Source: Myxococcales bacterium (lineage in GTDB: Bacteria > Myxococcota_A > Polyangia > Polyangiales > Houyiibacteriaceae). From it: DNA of 64,000 nt. The stretch spans positions 5,995 through 69,994 of the forward strand of contig JAOTYL010000013.1 in NCBI GenBank assembly GCA_029861865.1, read 5' to 3'. The notes beneath the pieces were generated by a model that did no database searches, had not been told where the DNA came from, and saw only the letters and a list, made by a program, of their open reading frames with translations. This document shows positions 18,481 through 27,374 of this stretch, piece by piece (positions within the stretch are counted from its first letter, which is position 1; each line of letters opens with the position of its first letter). Position numbers and translations under genes: made by a program.

Positions 18481-19164
18481 ATGGCCGCCCGAAAATGGAT
18501 CTACGTGCTCCGCGGGAACGGCGAAAGCCACTCCGCGTTTGGCGACCGGATGCGTGGGGAGGTCAGCAAGCGGTTGCTGGACCTTGGGCCTTCGAAGCTT
18601 TCGTTGACGTTGACCGAAGGGCCGCCGCCGAAAGTCGCGCTCTTTCCGTTCAAGAGTGAGCCCACGGCGATTTTCTCGATTCACGACGAGCAGGGCGATC
18701 CGTCGCGCTTCACCGAAGCGTTGGCCAATGCGGCAGGCGAGCTCTCCGGCTACGAAGTCGAGGAGAGCTATCCAGTTGAGTACAACAAATCATGGAATGA
18801 CGGGGAACCAACGCCGAGCCCGATCCTTCTCACCATCCTTCACCGGAAGCCCGGCCTCGACTTCGACGAGTACATCAAGCGTTGGCACGGGGGGCACACC
18901 CCGCTCTCCCTCGAGATTCATCCGTTGTGGTACTACCAGCGCAATGTGATCCGCGAGCCGATCACACAGGGGGCGGATGCGTGCGATGGGATCGTCCTCG
19001 AGGCTTGCCCCACCAAGAGCGACCTCTTGAACCCCGCGCGCTTCTTTGGGGGCCCCCTCAAAATGGTGCCAAACATGCTGCGGGTCGCCAACGACATCAA
19101 AGGGTTTCTCGACATGCGCAAAGTCGAAACCTTCTACTGCACCGAGTACCACCTTCGGAGTTGA
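18481..19164 (+). CDS. Hypothetical protein, possibly EthD-like
   Basis: Start taken at the internal ATG (MAARKWIYVLRG...). The first 166 codons of ORF 17983..19164 lie antisense to the lipoprotein gene. DFDEYIKRWHGGHTPLSLEIHP resembles EthD-type domains, weakly. Confidence 0.55.
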   Translation: MAARKWIYVLRGNGESHSAFGDRMRGEVSKRLLDLGPSKLSLTLTEGPPPKVALFPFKSEPTAIFSIHDEQGDPSRFTEALANAAGELSGYEVEESYPVEYNKSWNDGEPTPSPILLTILHRKPGLDFDEYIKRWHGGHTPLSLEIHPLWYYQRNVIREPITQGADACDGIVLEACPTKSDLLNPARFFGGPLKMVPNMLRVANDIKGFLDMRKVETFYCTEYHLRS

Positions 19165-19167
19165 GCG

Positions 19168-19941
19168 ATGAGCGTTCGCTACGAGCTCCGAGGTCGCATC
19201 GCCATCGTCACGATCGACAGGCCTGAGGTGCGAAACGCCGTCGACGTGCCGACCGCCGAAGCGCTTGCGGATGCGTTTCGCCGCTTCGACGACGACAACC
19301 AAGCAGATGTTGCCGTCTTGACGGGGAAGGGCGGCTGCTTCTGCGCCGGCGCCGACCTCAAAGCGCTCGCCGCCGGCGAGGAACGCGATTTCTCCGCGGA
19401 CACCGACGGTCCGATGGGCCCCACCCGCATGCAACTTCGAAAGCCCGTCATCGCAGCGATCGAAGGTCATGCGGTGGCGGGCGGCCTAGAGCTTGCCATC
19501 TGGTGCGACCTTCGCGTCATGGCCGAAGACGCGGTGATGGGGGTCTTCTGTCGGCGCTTCGGCGTGCCATTGATCGACCTCGGCACCATTCGTCTGCCTC
19601 GTTTGATAGGTCACAGTCGCGCCATGGATCTAATCCTCACGGGTCGTCCCGTTTCCGCACGCGAAGCCGCCGACATGGGCCTCGCCAACCGCGTCGCCCC
19701 TCCCGGTAAGGCCCTCGAAACAGCCGTTCAGCTTGCCGAAGAAATCGCGCGCCACCCGAGCCTTTGCATGCAAAACGACCGACGCTCCGCGATCGAACAA
19801 TGGTCGCTCACCGAAGAGCAAGCCATGCGTAACGAGCTCGCCCTTGGCTTAGAGACCATCCAAAGCGGCGAAACCGGATCAGGCGCCGAGAGCTTCCGAG
19901 CTGGCGCCGGCCGTCACGGCAGCTTCGACGACGAATCTTAA
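19168..19941 (+). CDS. Enoyl-CoA hydratase/isomerase (crotonase) family protein
   Basis: 257 aa. IAIVTIDRPEVRNAV, GKGGCFCAGADLK, AAIEGHAVAGGLELAIWCDLRV. Confidence 0.9.
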   Translation: MSVRYELRGRIAIVTIDRPEVRNAVDVPTAEALADAFRRFDDDNQADVAVLTGKGGCFCAGADLKALAAGEERDFSADTDGPMGPTRMQLRKPVIAAIEGHAVAGGLELAIWCDLRVMAEDAVMGVFCRRFGVPLIDLGTIRLPRLIGHSRAMDLILTGRPVSAREAADMGLANRVAPPGKALETAVQLAEEIARHPSLCMQNDRRSAIEQWSLTEEQAMRNELALGLETIQSGETGSGAESFRAGAGRHGSFDDES

Positions 19942-19981
19942 TGAATTGCGGGCGCGGAACCGCTCGTAGTACCGTCACTGA

Positions 19982-20482
19982 ATGCTCTCGCAGCCCAGCC
20001 CGCGCTCGGACTCGTATCGGATTCCGAAGCACCAAGTCTCGATCGAGCTCGCGCTTCGCGGTGGCGAGCCGGAGGAGGTCTCCGTGTTCCTGCATCCGAG
20101 GGCGGCATCGCACGCGGGTCAAGAGCGACCGAGCGAGCTCTTGCTCAATGACGAGCCTTTCCTGACGGTCATTGCGGGCGATGGAAGCGTGCGGTTCATC
20201 AACAAGGCTGCGATTGCCTATATGACCGTTGCCCTCGAGCTGGAGATGAGCGGTCGATCCGATTCGGAGGCCAGGCTCGCGATGGATGGCTGCACGCCCA
20301 TCGACCTGACTCTGGACGACGGCAGCACCTTCGTCGGCGAAGTCTCAATCCTGCTTCCGCAGGCAAACAGCCGGTTGCAAGACTTTCTGAATACCTCCGA
20401 CCGCTTCTTCGAGGTTCGTGACGCCCGCGCCGTCCATTTCGTCAACCGTGATCGTGTCGTCATGGTCAAGGCCACGGAGTGA
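19982..20482 (+). CDS. Hypothetical protein made of two tandem copies of a roughly 70-aa domain
   Basis: 166 aa. The two halves align: IELALRGG...RPSELLLNDEPFLTVIAGDGSVRFINKAAIAYMTV against IDLTLDDG...RLQDFLNTSDRFFEVRDARAVHFVNRDRVVMVKA. Confidence 0.6.
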   Translation: MLSQPSPRSDSYRIPKHQVSIELALRGGEPEEVSVFLHPRAASHAGQERPSELLLNDEPFLTVIAGDGSVRFINKAAIAYMTVALELEMSGRSDSEARLAMDGCTPIDLTLDDGSTFVGEVSILLPQANSRLQDFLNTSDRFFEVRDARAVHFVNRDRVVMVKATE

Positions 20483-20504
20483 TGCCATAGACCGGGCCAG
20501 CCCA

Positions 20505-22547
20505 TTGACGCCGACCGCCATTGCGGAGTTCTTGGGCCGCTCATCACTGTTCCAGGGCTGCCCCCCGGAGGTCGCCAAGAAGGTTGCCCCCCACATCGAA
20601 GCCATCGAGGCGCCTTCGGGCGCGGCGTTGGTGCGCGCTGGCTCGCATGAGCACGACATCGGCATCTTGATGCACGGCAAGGCATCGGTGAGCGTGCTCG
20701 ATTCGGCTTCGGGATCGAGGACGACGCTCTTCACGATCAGCGCGGGTGATCATTTCGGCGAGCTCGGCACACTGTTGCATGAGTCGCAACCCTACGATGT
20801 CGTCGCGGAGGGTCCGTGTGTCGTGCTCACGTTGCGTGGAAGCGCGGTCGAGCAACTGTGCCGCAAGATTCCGGCCTTCGCCCAGGCGCTCGCGGAATCA
20901 CTCGCCGACCGGTTGGTGAAGACGAGCACGAGCCGTCCGCCCCCGCCCCCCTCTGCCGTGCATCCGGTTGTCGATGCTCGTCCCTCGGTGCTGACCCGTG
21001 CCGGCGACACCATTCCTTTCGTACGCGTTTCGTCCTACGAGCTCATCGACGCAGTCATCGAAACCGTGCCGGTACAGATCATCCAACAACACCGAATGAT
21101 CCCCCTCGAACTTCGCAATCATGTCCTCACCATCGGCATGGTCGACCCGTTCAACGAGGCGGCGCTTCGAGACTTACGGCGCGTGCTGCACAATGCGGAG
21201 CCCAAAGTCGTCGCAATTTCCGCAGAAGACTTCACCACAGCGACGCGACGCCTAAAACTACACGGCTTTGCGCAACGCGTCCGACACGGTCAGCGAGTAG
21301 ACCCCAACTCGGTCATCTTCGACGAGATCGACTCAAAACGCGAATCGGAACGCTCACTTCAAAGCGCGGGGGAGCAGATTGTGGCCCTCGCGTCGCAGGT
21401 GGTGGCGGCGGGGCTCGAGCGCGGGGCCAGCGACATTCATTTGGAACCTGCGCGCCGCGGTGTGCGAGTTCGTTTTCGGGTGAACGGAATGCTGCTCGAT
21501 TGGGAGCAGTCTGTTCAAAGCCACCTTGCGAAGGCGTTAATCGCGCGATTCAAAGTGCTTGCGGGTCTCGACATTGCGGAAAAGCGGCGCCCGCAGGATG
21601 GGCGTATCGGCGTTAGGGTCGGGCGGCGTGACGTTGACCTTCGTGTGTCGACCTTGCCTGCGAGCGAGGGCGAGAAGCTGGTGATGCGCGTGTTCGAGGC
21701 TGCCGCGATGCTACGTCCCCTAGAGGAGATCTTCGTGGAGGAGGGGACTCTCTCGGCGATGCGAGACGTCTTGCAGCGGCCGTATGGGGCGATCGTCGTG
21801 GCCGGACCGACCGGCTCCGGCAAGACATCGACTCTCTATGCGGCCCTTCACGAGCGGCAAAAGATCCGCCCAGATACCAACATCATCACGGTGGAAGACC
21901 CGATCGAATACCGTCTCGACGGCGTCACCCAAGTCCAGGTTCATCATGCGATCGGGCTCGGCTTTGCTCAGGTATTGCGCGCAATGCTCCGCCAAGACCC
22001 GGACGTGGTGATGGTCGGTGAAGTCCGCGACGAAGAAACCGCACAGCTCGCGCTCGAAGCCGCAATGACGGGCCACCTCGTCTTCACCTCGATCCACGCC
22101 AACAATGCGGGCTCTGTCATTCAACGCTTCGAGAACTTCGGATGCAATCGGACGGTCATCGCACATTCGATCGCCCTGATCTTGATCCAACGCCTAGCTC
22201 GTCGCCTATGCCCACGGTGTACCGTGACCGGCGATGTTCCCGAGTTGCTTCGAGACTCGCTCATCGCCCGTAAACTCTACGACCCCAAGAATCCCGTCCC
22301 GCTCCCTCGGGCACCCGGCTGTGATGCGTGTGATCAAACCGGCCTGGCGGGACGTGTCGCGGTGATCGAGTCCATGCGCGTTACCGACGAAATCCGATCG
22401 ATGCTCATGGCCAACCGTCCGCTTGGCGACGCCATCGCCCTGGCCGAACAAACCGGCGCCCTCGTCCAGTTCCCGCGCTACGCCTCGTTCATGATGGAAC
22501 AGCGCCTCATCGGCCCGGCAGAAGCGCTTTTGTCGGTTGCGTCGTAG
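20505..22547 (+). CDS. GspE/PilB-family secretion ATPase with an N-terminal cyclic-nucleotide-binding-like domain
   Basis: cNMP-like domain (LFQGCPPEVAKKV...GDHFGELG), T2SSE_N domain (IPFVRVSSYELIDAV...), Walker A VAGPTGSGKTST, and a tetracysteine CPRC...CDAC. The start is uncertain. The track ATG at 20418 overlaps the upstream gene by 65 nt, and I favour TTG 20505 (GTG 20448 or 20454 are also possible). Confidence 0.85.
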   Translation: MTPTAIAEFLGRSSLFQGCPPEVAKKVAPHIEAIEAPSGAALVRAGSHEHDIGILMHGKASVSVLDSASGSRTTLFTISAGDHFGELGTLLHESQPYDVVAEGPCVVLTLRGSAVEQLCRKIPAFAQALAESLADRLVKTSTSRPPPPPSAVHPVVDARPSVLTRAGDTIPFVRVSSYELIDAVIETVPVQIIQQHRMIPLELRNHVLTIGMVDPFNEAALRDLRRVLHNAEPKVVAISAEDFTTATRRLKLHGFAQRVRHGQRVDPNSVIFDEIDSKRESERSLQSAGEQIVALASQVVAAGLERGASDIHLEPARRGVRVRFRVNGMLLDWEQSVQSHLAKALIARFKVLAGLDIAEKRRPQDGRIGVRVGRRDVDLRVSTLPASEGEKLVMRVFEAAAMLRPLEEIFVEEGTLSAMRDVLQRPYGAIVVAGPTGSGKTSTLYAALHERQKIRPDTNIITVEDPIEYRLDGVTQVQVHHAIGLGFAQVLRAMLRQDPDVVMVGEVRDEETAQLALEAAMTGHLVFTSIHANNAGSVIQRFENFGCNRTVIAHSIALILIQRLARRLCPRCTVTGDVPELLRDSLIARKLYDPKNPVPLPRAPGCDACDQTGLAGRVAVIESMRVTDEIRSMLMANRPLGDAIALAEQTGALVQFPRYASFMMEQRLIGPAEALLSVAS

Positions 22548-22566
22548 GAGACGCCCGCTTCGTGTT

Positions 22567-23484
22567 CTAGCGAGTGTTGGCGAGCTCGCCCATCGTTGGC
22601 AACAGCGACGACCATAGATTGTCGTGGCGCGGGTTGTTGCTGTTGATGGCGCGTAGGATTCCTTGGCGGTCGATCAAGTGGAAGCCGGGGATCAGCTGAC
22701 GGGTTTCGGGGTTGATGAAGCGCGCGTCGCCAACCAAGACGATTTCGTTTCGGTAGCGGTCCATACCGAAATGGCGCGCCCAAGCTTTGACGTCGCCGAG
22801 GGTGGGGGGGCTTTCTCCATCCATCCCGTAGAGGGCGAGCTGAACGAAGACGATGTCGGGGTGGTCGAGCGAGAGCTTGGCGTACTGGAGCGAGTATTTC
22901 TCGATCGAGCCGAGCCCGTCTTGCGGGGGGATGCCACGAAAGTCAGCGACCGACGGTTCATTCCCGCCCGCGAAGGCGTGACAAGCACGACACGTCAACC
23001 CGACGAGCTCGACGAGGACGACCTTGCCGCGAAACTCGCTCAGCGCGGTGACGCGACCGCTTTGGTCGATGAGCGCGATCTCCGGATACGGGCGACCGAC
23101 GATTGGCGGCCATCCTCGAAGGGGAGCGTTGGGGTTGTGCTTTGCAACGGCTGGGCCTGGCCGAAACTCGGGGGTCGGTTCTTGGGGCGCGGTGTCGTTT
23201 GACGGACGCGTTCGCTTTGGCGAGAGCGCGCCGGGGTCGAGCTTCTTGAGTGCGGCGATCGGGTCCTTTTCGACTTCGCGGAGCCACGCGTTGGGATCCG
23301 CAGGCGGCGGCTCGACCCGTCGTTCGGCGATCGGCTGCGGGGCCGGTTCGGCGGGTGACTGAGCAGGCGGGGGTGGGGCAGACGCCGCTTCGGGTTTCGC
23401 GCCAAGGTCACAGCCTGCCCACGCGGCGCAGGATCCAGCCACCAAGAGCGTCAGGGCGGCCCGAGCTGTTGCACCGCGAATCAC
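22567..23484 (-). CDS. Thioredoxin-fold (TlpA/redoxin-like) lipoprotein
   Basis: 305 aa. Lipoprotein-type signal (LLVAGSCAAWAGC), a Pro/Ala-rich linker and a CxxC in VELVGLTCRACHAF. Confidence 0.75.
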   Translation of the reverse strand: MIRGATARAALTLLVAGSCAAWAGCDLGAKPEAASAPPPPAQSPAEPAPQPIAERRVEPPPADPNAWLREVEKDPIAALKKLDPGALSPKRTRPSNDTAPQEPTPEFRPGPAVAKHNPNAPLRGWPPIVGRPYPEIALIDQSGRVTALSEFRGKVVLVELVGLTCRACHAFAGGNEPSVADFRGIPPQDGLGSIEKYSLQYAKLSLDHPDIVFVQLALYGMDGESPPTLGDVKAWARHFGMDRYRNEIVLVGDARFINPETRQLIPGFHLIDRQGILRAINSNNPRHDNLWSSLLPTMGELANTR

Positions 23485-23571
23485 CCCTGGATTCTACCAG
23501 AGTGGCGCGGGTATCGTGGCGTTCTCGTCGATCGATTTGGGGACCCGTCCGCGGCTCGCTATTTTGGGGGC

Positions 23572-24036
23572 ATGGAATCACAGCGCGCAATTCTGTCGGT
23601 CATGCTGGGGGGCCTGCTGACCGCATCGATCGGATGTGCCTCGAGGGGCTCGTCCGCAACCCAACCGACTGTGGGCAGCACGCAGGCGGCGATCATCGCC
23701 TACGACGAGGCCATGCAGCAGCCGGTGTCGATGGGGGATGTCACCAAAGGGTGCCCTGAAAAGCAGCTCAGCGATGAGCAAGTGGTGGCTGAGATGGATC
23801 GCCATCTCGACGAGATGTACCGCGAGTGCGTGGTGCGTGAGTACAAGCGCGGCGGCACGCTCGACACGGTGACCATCGACATCGCGATCCTCCGCGACGG
23901 CTCGGTGCAAGGCGCCACGGTCTCACCGGGAAGCAGGCGATTCCGATCGTGCATCCTGAGCGTCGTCAAAGACGTCGAGTTCCCGAAGTTCGAAGCTCCA
24001 AGGATGGGCGCACGCTACCAGTTCCACACCGGCTAA
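23572..24036 (+). CDS. Lipoprotein with an AgmX/PglI-type (TonB-C-like) C-terminal domain
   Basis: 154 aa. Signal LLTASIGCAS. The C-terminal DIAILRDGSVQGATVSPGS...SCILSVVKDVEFPKF resembles the myxobacterial AgmX/PglI C-terminal domain. Confidence 0.6.
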   Translation: MESQRAILSVMLGGLLTASIGCASRGSSATQPTVGSTQAAIIAYDEAMQQPVSMGDVTKGCPEKQLSDEQVVAEMDRHLDEMYRECVVREYKRGGTLDTVTIDIAILRDGSVQGATVSPGSRRFRSCILSVVKDVEFPKFEAPRMGARYQFHTG

Positions 24037-24037
24037 G

Positions 24038-24098
24038 AAAAGGGGACAGTCCCCTTTTTCGAAGGGTTAACCCCGCTAAAAGGGGACTGTCCCCTTTT
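24038..24098. terminator. Tandem pair of A/T-flanked hairpins (bidirectional intrinsic-terminator-like) around a GGGTTAACCC palindrome
   Basis: AAAAGGGGACAGTCCCCTTTTT (24038-24059) and AAAAGGGGACTGTCCCCTTTT (24078-24098) are exact reverse complements of each other. GGGTTAACCC lies at 24064-24073. The structure begins 2 nt after the stop at 24036. Confidence 0.6.
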
Positions 24099-24141
24099 CG
24101 GACACGTGCTAGCGTGCTTGCAGTCGGCCCCGGAGGTTTTC

Positions 24142-24648
24142 ATGCATCCCCTCGAACGTGTCATCAACGACGCTGCACCCCTCGTGTTGATCGGGAACTC
24201 TTCGGAGGATCGCTTTCCCGGCATGTCGTACAGCGTGTACACAAAGACTGGGAAGAATTTCTACTGCCTCGACATGGGCGAGCTTTCTGCGTCTCGGGGA
24301 CCGACCAAGGGTGGCAAGGTCTATCATTCGGTTGAAGAGCTTCCGGATGACCGAGGCGACCTGGCCGTGATCTGGGTCCGTCCGAGCACAGCGTCCGCTG
24401 CTGTGGATATTGCCCATCAGGCCGGCTGCAAACGCGTCTGGTTCTCGTTCATGACCGGGCACCGCGACGCGGTCGCCAAGGCTCGAAAGCTTGGGATGGA
24501 AGTCGTCGAGATCGGCCGATGCCCCGTCCTCTACCTCGACGACAAGCCGGCTGCATGCAAGGCACACACGCTCATCACCAAAGCAACGGGCGCATACCGC
24601 CGGCCTCCTCAAACCGACCCGAACGCAAAACGCCGCGAGATGTACTGA
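24142..24648 (+). CDS. CoA-binding-domain protein
   Basis: Start moved to ATG 24142, which is preceded by GGAGG (24132-24136). The track GTG at 24106 sits 8 nt after the terminator hairpin. DLAVIWVRPSTASAAVDIAHQAGCKRVWF resembles CoA_binding_2-type proteins. Confidence 0.65.
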   Translation: MHPLERVINDAAPLVLIGNSSEDRFPGMSYSVYTKTGKNFYCLDMGELSASRGPTKGGKVYHSVEELPDDRGDLAVIWVRPSTASAAVDIAHQAGCKRVWFSFMTGHRDAVAKARKLGMEVVEIGRCPVLYLDDKPAACKAHTLITKATGAYRRPPQTDPNAKRREMY

Positions 24649-24721
24649 ACCGCTAAGGCATAGGGTGTTGTCAGAGCGGCCTCCGTGCTAGGGATTCTAC
24701 CGGAACGCGAGGTGTTGAGCC

Positions 24722-25978
24722 GTGTGTGACACTGTGGTCGTCGTCCCCGAACAAGGGCCGGTTTGGTTTGCCAAGAACAGCAATCGCGAGCCGAGCGAAG
24801 CACAGTTCGTCGAGTGCCACGAGGCCAACGCAAATGCCGAAGGGATCCCCGAGGGGTTACCAGAGGCCCACGGGCATGCACGCATACTGATGAGTCGCCC
24901 CGCTTGGATGTGGGGTTGCGAAATGGGGGTGAATGAGCACGGGGTTGCGATCGGCAACGAATCGGTGTTCACCAAGGTGCGAGTTTCGAAGTGCGGTTAC
25001 TCCGGGATGGACTTTCAGCGGGTGGCTCTGGCGACGTCACGAACGGCAGATGACGCGCTCGAGCAGCTCATCGAGCTCACCGAAAACTTTCCTCAAGGCG
25101 GTCGGATGTTGCATCGGCATCGGTCGTTTCGCTACCACAGCTCCTTTACTGTGGCCGACGCGGTGACGGCCTGGGTGTTCGAAACGGCCGGCGAGTATTG
25201 GGCAGCCAAGCGCATTCAGGGCGTCGCGACGATTTCGAATGCCCTCTCGATCGAAGACGACTTCGACCGCATCCACGAGCGTGCCTACCGGTTTGCCAAA
25301 GACCAAGGTTGGGTGCGCCCCGGCGAGGGCTTCGGGTTTGCGCGTGCGTTCTCCAATCGAACGATCACGAGGTTGTCGGGCGCCAAAGTCCGTCGCGCTT
25401 GCACGGCTCGTTCGCTCTCGGGAATCGTCGACGCCATGCCGCGCCATTTCATCCGAGCCCTGACCGACCACGGCGAAGAGACCCCGGGAAGGTCCTGGAA
25501 ATACGAGGCTCCATGCGCGCACGCTTCCTGGTTACCCACGATGACGGCTGCGCAGACCACTTCGTCGATGATCGCGCGCCTCGACAAGAGCGGCCCGACC
25601 GTATGGGCCACCGGCACTTCGTCGCCATGCCTGAGCGTTTTCAAGCCCGCGCCGTTCAGCCCGCTGCTTTTCGCTCCGCGCCCGATCGCCGATGCACGCT
25701 TCGACGACCGCGAGATCTGGTGGGCGCACGAACGCCTGCACCGTGAGGTGCTGGCCGACTATCAGCGGCGTCGCGTCACCTTCGCCGAAGATCGCGAGCG
25801 TTTTCAGTCCGCGTGCCTCGAGCCCCGGGTCGACCCCGAACAGGTTTGGCGTGAGCATCGAGCGCATGTCGACGATTGGCTCGCCCGCACCCGTGAAATC
25901 CAAACGACGCGTTTACCCCTCCTGACGCGCCTCTACTGGTCGAGGCAATCAAAGGTCGGAGCGGTGCCCACAGGCTAA
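24722..25978 (+). CDS. Ntn-hydrolase, peptidase C69 / secernin-like
   Basis: 418 aa. The N-terminal (M)CDTVVV puts a Cys directly after the initiator, as in C69 dipeptidases. WGCEMGVNEHGVAIGNESVFT. GTG start. Confidence 0.75.
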   Translation: MCDTVVVVPEQGPVWFAKNSNREPSEAQFVECHEANANAEGIPEGLPEAHGHARILMSRPAWMWGCEMGVNEHGVAIGNESVFTKVRVSKCGYSGMDFQRVALATSRTADDALEQLIELTENFPQGGRMLHRHRSFRYHSSFTVADAVTAWVFETAGEYWAAKRIQGVATISNALSIEDDFDRIHERAYRFAKDQGWVRPGEGFGFARAFSNRTITRLSGAKVRRACTARSLSGIVDAMPRHFIRALTDHGEETPGRSWKYEAPCAHASWLPTMTAAQTTSSMIARLDKSGPTVWATGTSSPCLSVFKPAPFSPLLFAPRPIADARFDDREIWWAHERLHREVLADYQRRRVTFAEDRERFQSACLEPRVDPEQVWREHRAHVDDWLARTREIQTTRLPLLTRLYWSRQSKVGAVPTG

Positions 25979-25990
25979 GCCGCCGGGTGG

Positions 25991-26869
25991 CTAGCGACTG
26001 TGGCGGAGCAGCCAGTCGGTCGTTCGAGTCGCCCACTCGGTATCGATGAAGACGGGAATGTGTGGACCACCCTCGATGGTCCAGAGCTCGAAGTCTGTGC
26101 CTTCATCGCAGCCGATCGTGTATGCGACTCGTTCCGTCTCGGCAACGTCGTCGCCAGTGAGATTGATGCTTTCGAGCATCGCGGGGGAATCGACGTTGCA
26201 CCCGGCCCGTGCTGCGAAGCGTTCGACCGTCTCGACTGCCCCCGGGAAGCTGAATGCACCGTTCATACTCCCCTCATAGGGGATTGTCTCATCGTCGGTG
26301 CCGTGGACGGCGAGCGCGCTGACGGGCAGGGTGGCCGGCTGGCAGTCGGCCGGGTCGTTGAAAGTGGAGCCCGCGAGGCTCACGATCGCGGTGATCAGGT
26401 CCGAGCGCTCACATGCCATCCGGAATGACATGAACCCGCCGTTCGAGTGCCCCATGAGATAGACGCGCTCGGCGTCGATATTGTAGACTCCTTGCGCTTC
26501 GTCGATGAGGCGGCTGATGTAGCCGACGTCGTCGACCTCGCCGGTCAGGTCGCAGCAGGCTTCGGTGGCGTTCCAGGCATTGCTGATGCCATCCGGATAC
26601 ACGAACACGAATTGCTTGGCGTCGATGACGTCGAACATCCGTAAGTAAATCGCCTCTAACTGACCAGTGGCGCCCCTACCGTGAAGCAGGATCAGAAGCG
26701 GGTACGAGGTACTCGGGTCGTAGTCGGATGGGATCGTGACCATCGCGGGCCGCTCGTCTTCGTCGAGGACGAGGGGCGGATCGGCCGAAAAGACCTGTTC
26801 GGTGCCATCGCCGCCGCAGGCGAGGGTCAGGGAAAGGGCCAGAAAAAGGACAGAAGCAAGATTTTTCAT
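25991..26869 (-). CDS. Secreted esterase lipoprotein (PHB-depolymerase/LpqC-type alpha/beta hydrolase)
   Basis: Start at the internal ATG 26869 (MKNLASVLFLALSLTLACGG lipoprotein signal). PLLILLHGRGATG and a GxSxG in VYLMGHSNGGFMS. The first 129 codons of ORF 25991..27256 are antisense to the HIT gene. Confidence 0.8.
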   Translation of the reverse strand: MKNLASVLFLALSLTLACGGDGTEQVFSADPPLVLDEDERPAMVTIPSDYDPSTSYPLLILLHGRGATGQLEAIYLRMFDVIDAKQFVFVYPDGISNAWNATEACCDLTGEVDDVGYISRLIDEAQGVYNIDAERVYLMGHSNGGFMSFRMACERSDLITAIVSLAGSTFNDPADCQPATLPVSALAVHGTDDETIPYEGSMNGAFSFPGAVETVERFAARAGCNVDSPAMLESINLTGDDVAETERVAYTIGCDEGTDFELWTIEGGPHIPVFIDTEWATRTTDWLLRHSR

Positions 26870-26953
26870 GGCGGGGACCTTAGAGCCCTCGCGGCCATCG
26901 GTAAAGGCCCAAGGCTCTAGGCGTCCCAGGTTCGAGCGTATAAGCTCAGCGCC

Positions 26954-27373
26954 ATGGCGGACACGATTTTCACCAAGATTCTCCGGGGGGACATCCCTTG
27001 CCACAAGGTCTACGAGGACGAGCATGTGTTGGCTTTCCTCGATATTCGGCCCTTGAGCTACGGCCATACCCTCGTCATTCCAAAGGAAGAAGCCGCCACT
27101 CTCGACCAGCTTTCTGATGACGCCTCCGCCGCGATCGGGCGCGTGCTCCCCCGCCTTTGCCGCGCGATCAGAGCCATCACAGGGGTAGAGCAGTTCAACG
27201 TGCTGCAAAACAACGGCCCGATGGCTCACCAGGCGGTATTTCACGTGCACTTTCACATCATTCCCAAGCCAGGTGTCGATGAGGGGCTAGGCATCGAATG
27301 GCCCGCGAAGAAGCTCGACCCACAAGAAGCCGCCAAGCTTGCGGCGTCGCTGAGTAACGAGATTGGGGGGTAA
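26954..27373 (+). CDS. HIT-family (histidine triad) protein
   Basis: 139 aa. IFTKILRGDIPCHKVYEDEHVLAFLDI and the triad HVHFHIIP. Confidence 0.9.
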   Translation: MADTIFTKILRGDIPCHKVYEDEHVLAFLDIRPLSYGHTLVIPKEEAATLDQLSDDASAAIGRVLPRLCRAIRAITGVEQFNVLQNNGPMAHQAVFHVHFHIIPKPGVDEGLGIEWPAKKLDPQEAAKLAASLSNEIGG

Positions 27374-27374
27374 C

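Noticed and set aside
26881-26919. 7-bp inverted repeat TAGAGCC-N25-GGCTCTA in the esterase/HIT divergent spacer
   Set aside because: The arms are short and the spacer is long, so it is easily expected by chance. No associated regulator gene is present.
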